Source: a virus (Duplodnaviria > Caudoviricetes). Taken from it: a DNA stretch of 64,000 nt. Below are positions 38,489 through 47,950 of this stretch, in pieces (position 1 is the stretch's first letter; every line of letters begins with the position of its first letter). Under the pieces are notes generated by a model, which worked only from the letters and a program-made list of their open reading frames with translations, made no database searches and was not told the origin of the DNA. A program made the translations under genes and the position numbers. The stretch spans positions 96,001 through 160,000 of IMG/VR virus record IMGVR_UViG_3300043434_000734. One strand, given 5' to 3'.

Positions 38489-39220
38489 CTATTCCATCAA
38501 TTTTAAGTTGTAGTCGTTTATTGTGAATGGACTATATATTGAGTATCTAACATTATTAGATATATTTTTTGTCACTTCGTGAGTGTAATTATATTTTTGA
38601 TGTTCAATTAAAATACATTTTCTAAAATCGGGTAAAAAATCAATAATACCGTTGTTAGTGTATAGCTTTAAGATTGATCCGTCGTCATAACTTCTTTTGT
38701 CGTTTAAAAAAAATAGGATAGTAAATAAACGATTTCCATCTGGATCATTATCCGTATGTTTTCTAATAAACGAACCATTTGGGTAGACGTTAATGTTACC
38801 CATTAAATTTTGTTTAAATTCTTCTTTTACTTTTTTATAAAATAAATCATTTATTATACCTTCATATACCTTTAATAAAATATCATAAATTCCCACATCT
38901 TTTAGGTATTGTATTGGGTGAGTGAGAAAAAAATTAAAATAGTCTTCATCGTAGAATCCAAACTCATCATTTAAATTCTTTAAGAATTGAAAATCGTCAT
39001 ACTTTATTCGATAATTTGAATTGATTTTATTAAATCTTGATAAATCGATTTCTTTTACTTTATTCTGTACATTATCTGACCATTGTAAGAACCCTAATGA
39101 ACTATCTATTTTATTTAAATCAATATTGAAATTATTCACCAACTCACCTAGCCGTGTAAATTCGTCAATATTAAGTAGTTCTTCTAAATTATATATTTTA
39201 TAGTCAAAATTTAAATTCAT
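38489..39220 (-). CDS. 2OG-Fe(II) oxygenase
   Basis: NVYPNGSFIRKHTD, TILFFLN, HEV, RYSI. Confidence 0.85.
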   Translation of the reverse strand: MNLNFDYKIYNLEELLNIDEFTRLGELVNNFNIDLNKIDSSLGFLQWSDNVQNKVKEIDLSRFNKINSNYRIKYDDFQFLKNLNDEFGFYDEDYFNFFLTHPIQYLKDVGIYDILLKVYEGIINDLFYKKVKEEFKQNLMGNINVYPNGSFIRKHTDNDPDGNRLFTILFFLNDKRSYDDGSILKLYTNNGIIDFLPDFRKCILIEHQKYNYTHEVTKNISNNVRYSIYSPFTINDYNLKLME

Positions 39221-39233
39221 AATTATAAATATA

Positions 39234-39257
39234 AAAAAAGGGGTAATTAACCCCTTA
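39234..39257 (-). terminator. Intrinsic terminator
   Basis: aagggg taatta acccctt hairpin with A-tract on +. Confidence 0.7.
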
Positions 39258-39282
39258 ATTTAATATTGTTTTAATTGTACGA

Positions 39283-40002
39283 TTATTTTGTAAAAATCCC
39301 CTTTTTAATCATTCTATCAAGAATGTTGGCACAAGCAATATCAAGTGCTTTCTTTGTTGCAATTGATATTGTTGATTGGTTAAATTTAATTGGGTCAATG
39401 GATGCGTCGGATAATAGAGTTAACTCTCTTTTTGTTGTTGCTTCACCTAAACCCGAGGCACCAAACAAAACACCAGTTTCAGCGTCGGTAAACCTAACTT
39501 GTAAACCAATACGAGTTACCATATTATCTTTAATTCCATCTTTAAGATTAATAGTTTCATCTTCAGAAATTGAATAGTCATAACATTCGATAGTCACAAA
39601 GTATTTTGCTAAATTAATTTTACCACGACCATCTAATTTATTTTCGGAAATACCTGATTGAGATGCTTGAAATTGCTTCACCATACGGTTTTTAATTTCG
39701 GTTTTATCTTCAGTAAACTTAAAACGATTTAAATTCTCTAAATACTCCATTGATATGTTGGCAACACCCAAACCAACACGCTTTTCTTTTAGTTCGGGAT
39801 ACATTTCATAAATTTCATCTGAAATACCACATTTAAGAATTTGAATGGGAATTTGTGGACCTTCGTAATCCATATATTGTGAAATGTCTTTTTTCTTCTC
39901 AAAATCGGCTTTATATTGTTCAGTTTTAGTTGACCCTATTGTTTGTGCGTTTCCTAAAAAACCAATTAGGATTAACGATAATAAAAGAAATATTTTTTTC
40001 AT
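39283..40002 (-). CDS. CsgG/HfaB-like exported protein
   Basis: Signal peptide; GVANISMEYL..LNRFKFTE, GLQVRFTDAETG. Confidence 0.7.
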   Translation of the reverse strand: MKKIFLLLSLILIGFLGNAQTIGSTKTEQYKADFEKKKDISQYMDYEGPQIPIQILKCGISDEIYEMYPELKEKRVGLGVANISMEYLENLNRFKFTEDKTEIKNRMVKQFQASQSGISENKLDGRGKINLAKYFVTIECYDYSISEDETINLKDGIKDNMVTRIGLQVRFTDAETGVLFGASGLGEATTKRELTLLSDASIDPIKFNQSTISIATKKALDIACANILDRMIKKGIFTK

Positions 40003-40005
40003 AAA

Positions 40006-40236
40006 TTATTTTGTTTTTGGTTTTTCATACCAAATATTATTTGGGTTATTTTTAAATGTCCCATCTATTTTCCAAGCAATACGGTTTGAAATGTCTAAAG
40101 CTCTGTTTTCTTGATTTGTGAAGTGTAAATAAATGCCGAATCCCTGAAAGGATAGGGCAAAACCTATCCAAATAACTATTAAAATTAAATATACTTTAAA
40201 GAGTGACTCCCCGACGTTTTTTAATGATATTGTCAT
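40006..40236 (-). CDS. Small membrane protein
   Basis: One long hydrophobic segment. Confidence 0.7.
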   Translation of the reverse strand: MTISLKNVGESLFKVYLILIVIWIGFALSFQGFGIYLHFTNQENRALDISNRIAWKIDGTFKNNPNNIWYEKPKTK

Positions 40237-40262
40237 AATCTATTTTATATATAAATACATCG

Positions 40263-40290
40263 AAAAAAAAAGGAGTCATTTGACTCCTTT
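40263..40290 (-). terminator. Intrinsic terminator
   Basis: aaggagtc attt gactcctt with A-tract on +. Confidence 0.8.
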
Positions 40291-40293
40291 ATA

Positions 40294-40542
40294 TTAACCT
40301 TCAGTTTCTTCTTTCTTTTTATGTGAGAATTTATCCAAAGTATCGGCTCCCATCCCAATACCCGTAATTAACATTACTGCGTTTACCAATTCAGGTGACG
40401 GTGCAAAATCCGAGTGAGAGAACGAATTTAAAACCATTGTTACACATAGGAATAACGCACCTATCATTGCGATTACCGGTTTTACCGATATTGATCCTCT
40501 TTCGTCTTTGAAGAGTTCAATTAACCATTCTTTAAATTTCAT
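40294..40542 (-). CDS. Small 2-TM membrane protein (holin-like topology)
   Basis: Two hydrophobic helices, basic C-terminus. Confidence 0.65.
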   Translation of the reverse strand: MKFKEWLIELFKDERGSISVKPVIAMIGALFLCVTMVLNSFSHSDFAPSPELVNAVMLITGIGMGADTLDKFSHKKKEETEG

Positions 40543-40568
40543 AGTTTTTTATTTTTGTCATTTGTTTA

Positions 40569-41180
40569 TTATCCTTCCATATGTATTTCTGCGTATTCAT
40601 CTTTTACTTTACCACACTTCAAACATTCTTCACTTCCGTCACCATCTAAATCCCCCCAAACGTGTTCACATTGTCTATGAGTAAAGTATTCGTCGATTTT
40701 ACCGTCACCATCAAAGTCCAAACCATCCATTACCCCATCACCATCTTCATCAATTTCAGTACCCTTCTTTTCAATTTTTGTTGTCTCATCAATTTCTATT
40801 GTATTTTCAGTTGTCAATTCTGGTAATACTAAAGGAGATACGGACATCGGTACTATCGGATTGTTTGGTCCGTCATTAGTATTACTTAACGATATGCCAT
40901 CTTCCTCATCCATTTTTTGAACTAACATTTTATCTTTATCCGTATCACTAAACCAATAATCAATAATTTTACCGTAACTACCGATAAAGGCACCCAACAA
41001 TAATAAAAGAAGTTCTTTCCACTCTCCCTCTATTGCTGATTTATTTAAAATCGCACCAAATATCCCCATTATAATTATCATAAAACCACCCAATACGATG
41101 GCCGTGATGAACCATCTACGCTTCATCATACTACTCAATAATTCCTTAAATCCACTTGGTGGTTGTTGTTGTTCACTCAT
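40569..41180 (-). CDS. 2-TM protein with DxDxDG Ca-loops and Cys/His cluster
   Basis: DEDGDGVMD, DFDGDGKID, DLDGDGSEE; CEH...CLKC. Confidence 0.7.
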   Translation of the reverse strand: MSEQQQPPSGFKELLSSMMKRRWFITAIVLGGFMIIIMGIFGAILNKSAIEGEWKELLLLLLGAFIGSYGKIIDYWFSDTDKDKMLVQKMDEEDGISLSNTNDGPNNPIVPMSVSPLVLPELTTENTIEIDETTKIEKKGTEIDEDGDGVMDGLDFDGDGKIDEYFTHRQCEHVWGDLDGDGSEECLKCGKVKDEYAEIHMEG

Positions 41181-41263
41181 CTTTTTTTTTGTTTTTTAAA
41201 AGTATGTCTTATTAAGAACGTTAGTGAACATATAAAGAGCACTAACGTTCGAATTTGATAAAA

Positions 41264-41578
41264 TTACCACTTAGGTGCCTCTTCCTTAAACTCATCACCC
41301 TCCTTTTTCTTAGGTTTTGGTTGAGGTTGTGTCGGCTCTGACGATTTTTCTTTAATTATTATAGTCTTTCCACCTGCAGCTTGTTGTTGAGCTTGTTGAT
41401 TTGAGTTTGTAATATTAATCACCGGCGCAGCCTGTTGTACTGGTGTTTCTTCTTTATCACCACCCGTTAATTGTGTTGTGAACCAACCACCTACACCTAG
41501 TGTAATTGTTGATACTAACCCTAATAGAATGTTCTTTAACGAACCTCCTGTACTTTCTGATTTTTCTTCTTCTGCCAT
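41264..41578 (-). CDS. Single-TM protein with Gln-rich tail
   Basis: ILLGLVSTITLGVGGWF. Confidence 0.75.
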   Translation of the reverse strand: MAEEEKSESTGGSLKNILLGLVSTITLGVGGWFTTQLTGGDKEETPVQQAAPVINITNSNQQAQQQAAGGKTIIIKEKSSEPTQPQPKPKKKEGDEFKEEAPKW

Positions 41579-41597
41579 TGTATTTGTTTTTATATAA

Positions 41598-41978
41598 TTA
41601 TTGTATTTTATTAAAATCTGTTATTCCTAATTGTCTATTGTCGGAATTAAATAATCCAATTCTGTATGCTGATTTTGGGAGGGCATTAGTATATACCTTT
41701 AATACATTATCTCCGGCAACAACATTCATAGTTTCTTTTGAGACTACTCGATTTGCGATATCAAATATTTTAACCGTAACCGAACCAGAGGTTTCCATTT
41801 TAAGGTTCATTGCAACTTCTGAAGTTACAAATGCAGTCTGTAATTTAATACCAACTGAGTTATTAATTTTAAGTTCTTCAGATACTGATTGTGGTATTGG
41901 TACAATATCTTCTTTATAACATCCCGTTAATATTGTCGACACAAGTACCAATAAGAGAATTTTTTTCATTTTTGCCAT
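41598..41978 (-). CDS. Lipoprotein with T9SS C-terminal-domain-like fold
   Basis: LTGC lipobox; VKIFDIANRVV...GDNVLKVYTNALPKSAY. Confidence 0.6.
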   Translation of the reverse strand: MAKMKKILLLVLVSTILTGCYKEDIVPIPQSVSEELKINNSVGIKLQTAFVTSEVAMNLKMETSGSVTVKIFDIANRVVSKETMNVVAGDNVLKVYTNALPKSAYRIGLFNSDNRQLGITDFNKIQ

Positions 41979-41980
41979 TT

Positions 41981-42325
41981 TTAATTTACTATTATTGTTG
42001 TCTTTTTTAATTCTTTCCTATCCACATCTTCGAGTACCAAATATAAATATCCCTTGGGTAGTGAATTAGTGTAAATCTTCTTTACATTTTCACCATTTTG
42101 TCCAATAAATTTTTCTCGACCTATTACCTGATTTGTGTTTTTATCTATTAGTGTTAAATAATGAATAGTATTCGATGTTAAATCAAAGTGTATAGATTGA
42201 CCATTTGAAACACTACTTTCGGTTACACTAAATATATCATCTTTGGCCATAACCTTTGGGTACGGTATTTCAGGTTTAGTACACCCCCAAAGTAAAATAA
42301 CCCATATAAATAATATTCGTTTCAT
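41981..42325 (-). CDS. Lipoprotein, paralog of 41598-41978
   Basis: LWGC lipobox; GENVKKIYTNSLPKGYLYL. Confidence 0.6.
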   Translation of the reverse strand: MKRILFIWVILLWGCTKPEIPYPKVMAKDDIFSVTESSVSNGQSIHFDLTSNTIHYLTLIDKNTNQVIGREKFIGQNGENVKKIYTNSLPKGYLYLVLEDVDRKELKKTTIIVN

Positions 42326-44262
42326 TATTTTAATTTTACTTTTAACTGTGTCCCACCCTTATTTACGGCATCTGTTGTTGATATCGATGTCAACCCCAAA
42401 ATACTACTTAATCCCATTTTCGGTAGAAATGTTATTTTGTATTCCGTTGTCTTATCTAATATAGTTGAACCATCAGTAATCAATGAACCTAACGTTATAT
42501 TATCACCTTTATCGGTCCCAAAATTAGTAGGATTACCTTTTGTTGTGAATTCTATTTTTTGAAATTCTAAAGCCGCATTATCATAGTTTAATTGAAATTG
42601 TGTACCAACTAATTCTTGTTCTAATGGGTCTACCGAAAGTGTTACAATCAACTTATTACCTACATTTTCGCTCATAACTAACACATTTACTTCATTGGTG
42701 GTTGTTTTACTTACCAAACTCATAGTTCTAATCGAATTACTACCAACACTACTTACACTTTGTTGTGCGGAATGTGATAGATTTATATCCCCTAACCAAG
42801 TGCCTGATATATTAAATACATCCGTTGAATTTGTGGTATTGATATCAAATACATAAGTGTTTCCTATGTATTTTGGAAACGTATTCCAATTGGATTTACC
42901 AATTGTATTATAAGTTTGCGTTGGTACTAATTTCACTAAATTAGGAAAGGTAAATGTATCTACTATATTATTAAATCCTGTCAAATGTTGTAATAATCGA
43001 TATGTATCTGATTCATTAAAAATTCCATCTCCGTTTACGTCGGCATTCATATATTGAACGCCATTTGTGAATTCCAGTCCATTTTGATTTCCTAAGATTC
43101 CACCATTTGATAATTCTTTAAATGCCAAATACACGTCCGATACCGTCACAACACTATTATATAATGTAGATAATGAATTTGTTGTCATTATCACTGATTG
43201 TGGTTTGTATTGTTGAATTTGATTAAATGTAAATTCGGCTTTTGTTCCATACCAACCATTTTGTAAACGAAGATATGATTGATATGTGGATGACGTAATT
43301 TTAGTTGAAATATTTGGAACGATTCGGAATATCTTCCAACCGCCAGCATCTTGTACATAAGTTATTGGTCCGTCGTATATATCAAATAATTGAATTGATT
43401 TAACATCTGATGGTGAAATACCCGTACCATCAAACTCTCTCGCATCTATGTATAATCGATGTCCACCAAATGATGTGGAATACACATCTATAATTGCCCA
43501 TTCAACTGAACCTGGAGTTGTTAGTGATTTGTATCCGTTTGGTATTTTGGTAGTATCTAATGAGTTCGTAACATCCACCACACCAGTTGAACTTAATGTA
43601 GTTCCACTTACTGATAATTTTGTTTTATCTAAATTACTACCAAAATCAAAATTGATTTTTGCTTGTTTGGTTGGAACACTTGCCACATTGGTTACTTCAT
43701 TTGTCCAATATGAATATACTTGTGGTGCGGAAGGTTTTGACCAATGTAAGTAAAATGCTTCTCCACCACCATATTCCTGAAATCTTGCAACCACCGAATA
43801 TCTTCTTCCGGCAATTAAATTTATCTGACCATATTGATACCCACTTGCCCCGTGTCCACCATAATATGATGTTACCACAACCCCATCAATTAATAAATCA
43901 GAAGCATCGTCTGAATTCACACCAAAGGTATATGTTCCGGTTTCTTGTGGTATAAAAAAGAATTCAAATTTATACCCAAAGTAATCACTAGCCCAACGAG
44001 GTACATTAAATGAACCGGTTGCAATATTTTGTAAAGTGGTTTCTCCTGTTCTGAATATTGTTGTGTTTGAATTTGTTGTGTTAAACATCGTAACAAAATC
44101 GGATGAAGTATTGGCAAATGCACTATATTGATTTGTTACACCGTTTCCATTGTGGGTTTTGTAAGAAGTATAATTAACATATCCCCAACCCGATTGAGCT
44201 AAGGATATGTTATATGTTAATACCAATAATAAAAGTACAAGTAATTTTTTCATACTACTCAA
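42325..44262 (-). CDS. Exported PA14 + dockerin-like + cohesin-like protein
   Basis: PA14: TGTYTFGVNSDDASDLLIDG; ADVNGDGIFNESD; GTQFQLNYDNAAL. Confidence 0.75.
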   Translation of the reverse strand: MSSMKKLLVLLLLVLTYNISLAQSGWGYVNYTSYKTHNGNGVTNQYSAFANTSSDFVTMFNTTNSNTTIFRTGETTLQNIATGSFNVPRWASDYFGYKFEFFFIPQETGTYTFGVNSDDASDLLIDGVVVTSYYGGHGASGYQYGQINLIAGRRYSVVARFQEYGGGEAFYLHWSKPSAPQVYSYWTNEVTNVASVPTKQAKINFDFGSNLDKTKLSVSGTTLSSTGVVDVTNSLDTTKIPNGYKSLTTPGSVEWAIIDVYSTSFGGHRLYIDAREFDGTGISPSDVKSIQLFDIYDGPITYVQDAGGWKIFRIVPNISTKITSSTYQSYLRLQNGWYGTKAEFTFNQIQQYKPQSVIMTTNSLSTLYNSVVTVSDVYLAFKELSNGGILGNQNGLEFTNGVQYMNADVNGDGIFNESDTYRLLQHLTGFNNIVDTFTFPNLVKLVPTQTYNTIGKSNWNTFPKYIGNTYVFDINTTNSTDVFNISGTWLGDINLSHSAQQSVSSVGSNSIRTMSLVSKTTTNEVNVLVMSENVGNKLIVTLSVDPLEQELVGTQFQLNYDNAALEFQKIEFTTKGNPTNFGTDKGDNITLGSLITDGSTILDKTTEYKITFLPKMGLSSILGLTSISTTDAVNKGGTQLKVKLK

Positions 44263-45904
44263 TTATTAAATCGACTTTATTTCCTTTTGAGTCGACAGCA
44301 TCGGATAATACAAAATAGAATAATCCGGCGGTATTTGTTAAAGATGTTTTTGGTGTAAATATTAATTTGTAAGGTGTACCAACTTTAATTCTTGATGTTT
44401 TTAATTGGTCAATGGAACCAAATGTCAATCTACCATTTTCGTGTGTTGAGAAGTTAGTGATTGTCGAACCCGAATCAAATATTACATTATCCAAAGTTAA
44501 TTTAGATTCGTCGTAATTCATTACAACTTGTAAACCCGCTAATTCCGATTTGGTTAATGTTGTTGTTAAAATAACTTTTCCATTTTCTAAGGTAGAAGTG
44601 ATACCCAATGTTACCTTCTCGAGTGATGTTGTTTTATAAGACATTGGTGAAGTGCTCATAGTTTTTAATGAATTGGTGTTTTTATTACTCACCGAATTAG
44701 TATATTGTCCGTCACTTATTTTAGTTGCAATTACTGACGGGTCGGATGAATGTGACCAATTTAAATCCCCACCCCAAGCAAAAACGGCATATACTTCTTT
44801 AATTGGAGAATCAATTATTACCTTATTTTTAACCATACCATCTAACCAACTTTGATTTAATAAACCACTATACCATCTGACCGATGTTGAGGTACTTGTT
44901 GGAATCATAGCCAATGTTGACATATCTTGACCCATTACGTGAGCAAATAAAGTATATGAATCACTTTCACCAAATGAATTACCATTTAGTGTAACCTTAC
45001 CTATCTTTTTTTCTAACTCAGGTAAAGTAAAGTAATTTCCGGTTCCACTAATATCAGTTTGTGAATGACCTAAAAATGCTTTATATGCGTCCGATACCGT
45101 CACAATATTATTCATCCAACTTTTCTGAAATGCTGCACCAACGAATACACCAACTGAATCACCCACTTTAACTTGTGTGGTAAAAAGTACTTCACCACTG
45201 GCATCTAATGGTAATTGTGCAATAGGTTGTTGTGACCAATCAATATCACCACTACCATCCGATTTTAATTTCATCAGTTGAACATTATGGTCTGTGATGT
45301 TATATCCCTGTGGATATAACACTTTTACTTTAAATTGAGAAGTGTTACCTGTCACACTATTCAAAGATGACCACCCACCACCATAAATAGTTCCCACATT
45401 TGAACCATCGATATCGGTACCTGTAGCTAAATCTATTTTGAAAATATTATTGTATGTATTTTGATCTTTTAGAATATATTTCTGAGTTGCAATCAAACCA
45501 CTAATCGAAGCATCCGCTCTTTGAACTGTTAATTGACCAACATTCCAATCTGCATTAACCACATAATTCCAAGGCGTTAAACCATATTGAACATCTAAAT
45601 CATTATCACTTGCACCACCATTGAAATTAAATTTGTAATTGTTCCAACCTGTATAAAAAGTTTGAGCGGAGGAACCTTGATTAAATGTCGTTGAAATATA
45701 TGACAGTGCTTTGTTATTGTACTGATATCTAAACCAAAGATAACGAGGATTTTTAATCACTTGTCCTTTTGATAATGTATATTTGACAGTAATCGTGTCA
45801 CCAACCTTTAATCCGGTTGTGGGTGTTAGTGATTGACTAATTGTTAATTGACCAAATGATGTTAGACTTATTAATAGTAAACATAAGGAGAGAAGTTTTT
45901 TCAT
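44255..45904 (-). CDS. Exported cohesin-like/dockerin-like protein, paralog of 42325-44262
   Basis: VGDTITV..RYQYNNKAL; shared VTVSDAY.AF, W.GD.N.SHS, GLQVVMNYD. Confidence 0.7.
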   Translation of the reverse strand: MKKLLSLCLLLISLTSFGQLTISQSLTPTTGLKVGDTITVKYTLSKGQVIKNPRYLWFRYQYNNKALSYISTTFNQGSSAQTFYTGWNNYKFNFNGGASDNDLDVQYGLTPWNYVVNADWNVGQLTVQRADASISGLIATQKYILKDQNTYNNIFKIDLATGTDIDGSNVGTIYGGGWSSLNSVTGNTSQFKVKVLYPQGYNITDHNVQLMKLKSDGSGDIDWSQQPIAQLPLDASGEVLFTTQVKVGDSVGVFVGAAFQKSWMNNIVTVSDAYKAFLGHSQTDISGTGNYFTLPELEKKIGKVTLNGNSFGESDSYTLFAHVMGQDMSTLAMIPTSTSTSVRWYSGLLNQSWLDGMVKNKVIIDSPIKEVYAVFAWGGDLNWSHSSDPSVIATKISDGQYTNSVSNKNTNSLKTMSTSPMSYKTTSLEKVTLGITSTLENGKVILTTTLTKSELAGLQVVMNYDESKLTLDNVIFDSGSTITNFSTHENGRLTFGSIDQLKTSRIKVGTPYKLIFTPKTSLTNTAGLFYFVLSDAVDSKGNKVDLIIE

Positions 45905-45906
45905 TT

Positions 45907-46425
45907 TTACTTTTTGTTAAAAAATGTTTTATTAATTAACGATTCACACGTTTTTTTTATGGCAGACGATAACGCTTGTTGATTAACTTTATCACTACCC
46001 TCATCAGTAATTAACGTTGAGGTGGATATTTCCGAACTGGATTCTTCTGAGGTCGACTCTTTAAGTTTCTTACCTGTGTTATCGGTAAGAATCCCTTTCA
46101 TAATAACCAAAGTTTCCTCAACGTCTGAATGAAATACTGACACATTACGTTTTGTTCTATTAACGTCAAAGTATAAAATAACAGCACCAAATATTAAATC
46201 GGCCTGACTTTTGTCCTCCACGATGAAAAACTCCTTGTCTTGTAAAATTTCTTGAAAAATGTTTTTAACACCAAAAGCGAAGTTTCGGTTACCGGTAAAT
46301 TTACCAATTTTGATTTTGTTCTCAACCTCACCAATATATACTTTTCTCGTTTCCTGAGCATATGAAGAGAGTGCTAGGAATGAAAGTAATAAAAGGAGGA
46401 GAGAGGTTCCCTTTATTTTTGTCAT
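45907..46425 (-). CDS. Exported CsgG-like protein, distant paralog of 39283-40002
   Basis: Signal peptide; C-terminal NQQALSSAIKK aligns with NQSTISIATKK; ATG 3 nt after TATTTATT. Confidence 0.55.
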   Translation of the reverse strand: MTKIKGTSLLLLLLSFLALSSYAQETRKVYIGEVENKIKIGKFTGNRNFAFGVKNIFQEILQDKEFFIVEDKSQADLIFGAVILYFDVNRTKRNVSVFHSDVEETLVIMKGILTDNTGKKLKESTSEESSSEISTSTLITDEGSDKVNQQALSSAIKKTCESLINKTFFNKK

Positions 46426-46535
46426 ACCAATAAATACTCCGCATTTAAGTACTGACAAAAATCATATTTAAAAAAATTACTAATATTTTGTTTTGTTATT
46501 AAAATATTGTATATTAGACATATAAACATAAAAAT

Positions 46536-47318
46536 ATGAGTAATTTTAAACATCTTACCGAATTGGAAATCCAACAAATGACATTTGATTGGAGATATAG
46601 AGGTTTCACAGTTTTGGAACTTTTAACCGAAGAAGAATGTGATGAAATAAATGATGAATTGGAAGGATTACGTCAAGCACGTATCGGTACGACTACCGAA
46701 GACGGTAAAGCTTGGGGTGAGTGGGACCCATTCGCATATCCACACAAACTATCTGATAAATTAGCAAAATTATACGTTCACCCTAAACTTATTGAGGCTT
46801 GTGAGTTTTTGATGGAAGGTGAAATCGTAGGTATGCAAAGTTGGGCATATTTTAAACCACCTGGACAATTGGGTAGAGATCAACACCAAAACGCATTTTA
46901 TACTGGATGTAAACATAATGAAATTATCAATACCGCGTTAGCTTTAGATAATCACGACGAGGGTAATGGTGCGGTTTGGAACTATGAGGGTTCACACAGA
47001 TTACCGACATTACCTATTGAGGTGGATGAAGAAAGAACGAAAACGAATCCATCGTTTTGGAGAAATGAAAGAGGTAAACCTTGTATTATGCCCGAAGGAC
47101 ACGATTTCCGTAAAGTGGAAGGTATTTTGAAAAAAGGACAAGTCGTTTTACTTCACTCACACTGTGTACACGGTTCCGAAGCTAACAATTCAAATAGAAT
47201 GAGAAGAAACTATTTGGGTGGATTTTTAAAGAAAGGGGCTTATTACAATCAAGGAAGTCATATGAAACGTGAACCAATTGACGTTTATGAATTAAGAGAT
47301 AAACATTGGGGGAAATAA
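46536..47318 (+). CDS. PhyH-family 2OG-Fe(II) dioxygenase
   Basis: YFKPPG..HQNAFY, GSHRLP, HCVHGSEANNSNRMRR. Confidence 0.85.
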   Translation: MSNFKHLTELEIQQMTFDWRYRGFTVLELLTEEECDEINDELEGLRQARIGTTTEDGKAWGEWDPFAYPHKLSDKLAKLYVHPKLIEACEFLMEGEIVGMQSWAYFKPPGQLGRDQHQNAFYTGCKHNEIINTALALDNHDEGNGAVWNYEGSHRLPTLPIEVDEERTKTNPSFWRNERGKPCIMPEGHDFRKVEGILKKGQVVLLHSHCVHGSEANNSNRMRRNYLGGFLKKGAYYNQGSHMKREPIDVYELRDKHWGK

Positions 47319-47321
47319 ACT

Positions 47322-47708
47322 ATGAAAAAACCAAATGTCATAAACGTTCACGAATGTCCTGAATGTAAAGTACCCAAAGGATGGGGTGAAGAAATTATTA
47401 TTTGCAATCACGAATTATATTGTGGTAAATTAATGTGTTTCAAAAAGGGTGCAATGTTTTCAATGCACTACCATATGATTAAAGATGAGACTTGGTACGT
47501 AAACGAGGGTGAATTTTTATATCGATGGATTGATACTGAGACAGCAGTGGTAAACGAACAACATTTAAAAGTAGGTGATGTTGTGAGACAACTACCAGGA
47601 CAACCTCATCAATTAGAGGCATTAACTGACGGTGTGGTTTTTGAAGTTTCCACGGAACACTTTGATTCTGACTCATATAGAGTTTGGAAAGGAGATTCAC
47701 AAAAATAA
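47322..47708 (+). CDS. Cupin-domain protein
   Basis: KGWGEE, SMHYHMIKDETWYV, PGQPHQLEA, EVST.HFDSDSYR. Confidence 0.85.
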   Translation: MKKPNVINVHECPECKVPKGWGEEIIICNHELYCGKLMCFKKGAMFSMHYHMIKDETWYVNEGEFLYRWIDTETAVVNEQHLKVGDVVRQLPGQPHQLEALTDGVVFEVSTEHFDSDSYRVWKGDSQK

Positions 47709-47748
47709 AATATATTTAACTTTTCTTGATTATATACATATTTATATG

Positions 47749-47756
47749 TATCTTTG
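47749..47756 (+). promoter_or_regulatory. Bacteroidota-type -7 element TATCTTTG
   Basis: TAnnTTTG upstream of leader peptide 1. Confidence 0.75.
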
Positions 47757-47786
47757 TAAAAAGAAACAAACATTAATAAAAATTCA

Positions 47787-47885
47787 ATGAGACAATTTAC
47801 ACATACAATGTCGTTTACAATCTGTTCAAAATGGGCGGATGAAACTCGTATGTCCAATAGTCTCAGAGATATTAATCACGGTTAA
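47787..47885 (+). CDS. Putative attenuator leader peptide 1 (MRQFTHTMSFTICSKWADETRMSNSLRDINHG)
   Basis: A-rich start; carries an 8-nt complement of the downstream terminator arm. Confidence 0.65.
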   Translation: MRQFTHTMSFTICSKWADETRMSNSLRDINHG

Positions 47886-47911
47886 ATGTAAGTTTAACTA
47901 ATAGAATTAAG

Positions 47912-47945
47912 AAACCCTGAGACTTCAAAATCTCAGGGTTTTTTG
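47912..47945 (+). terminator. Terminator/attenuator directly before tRNA-Ala
   Basis: aaaccctgaga-cttcaaaa-tctcagggttt plus T-tract. Confidence 0.9.
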
Positions 47946-47950
47946 TTTAT

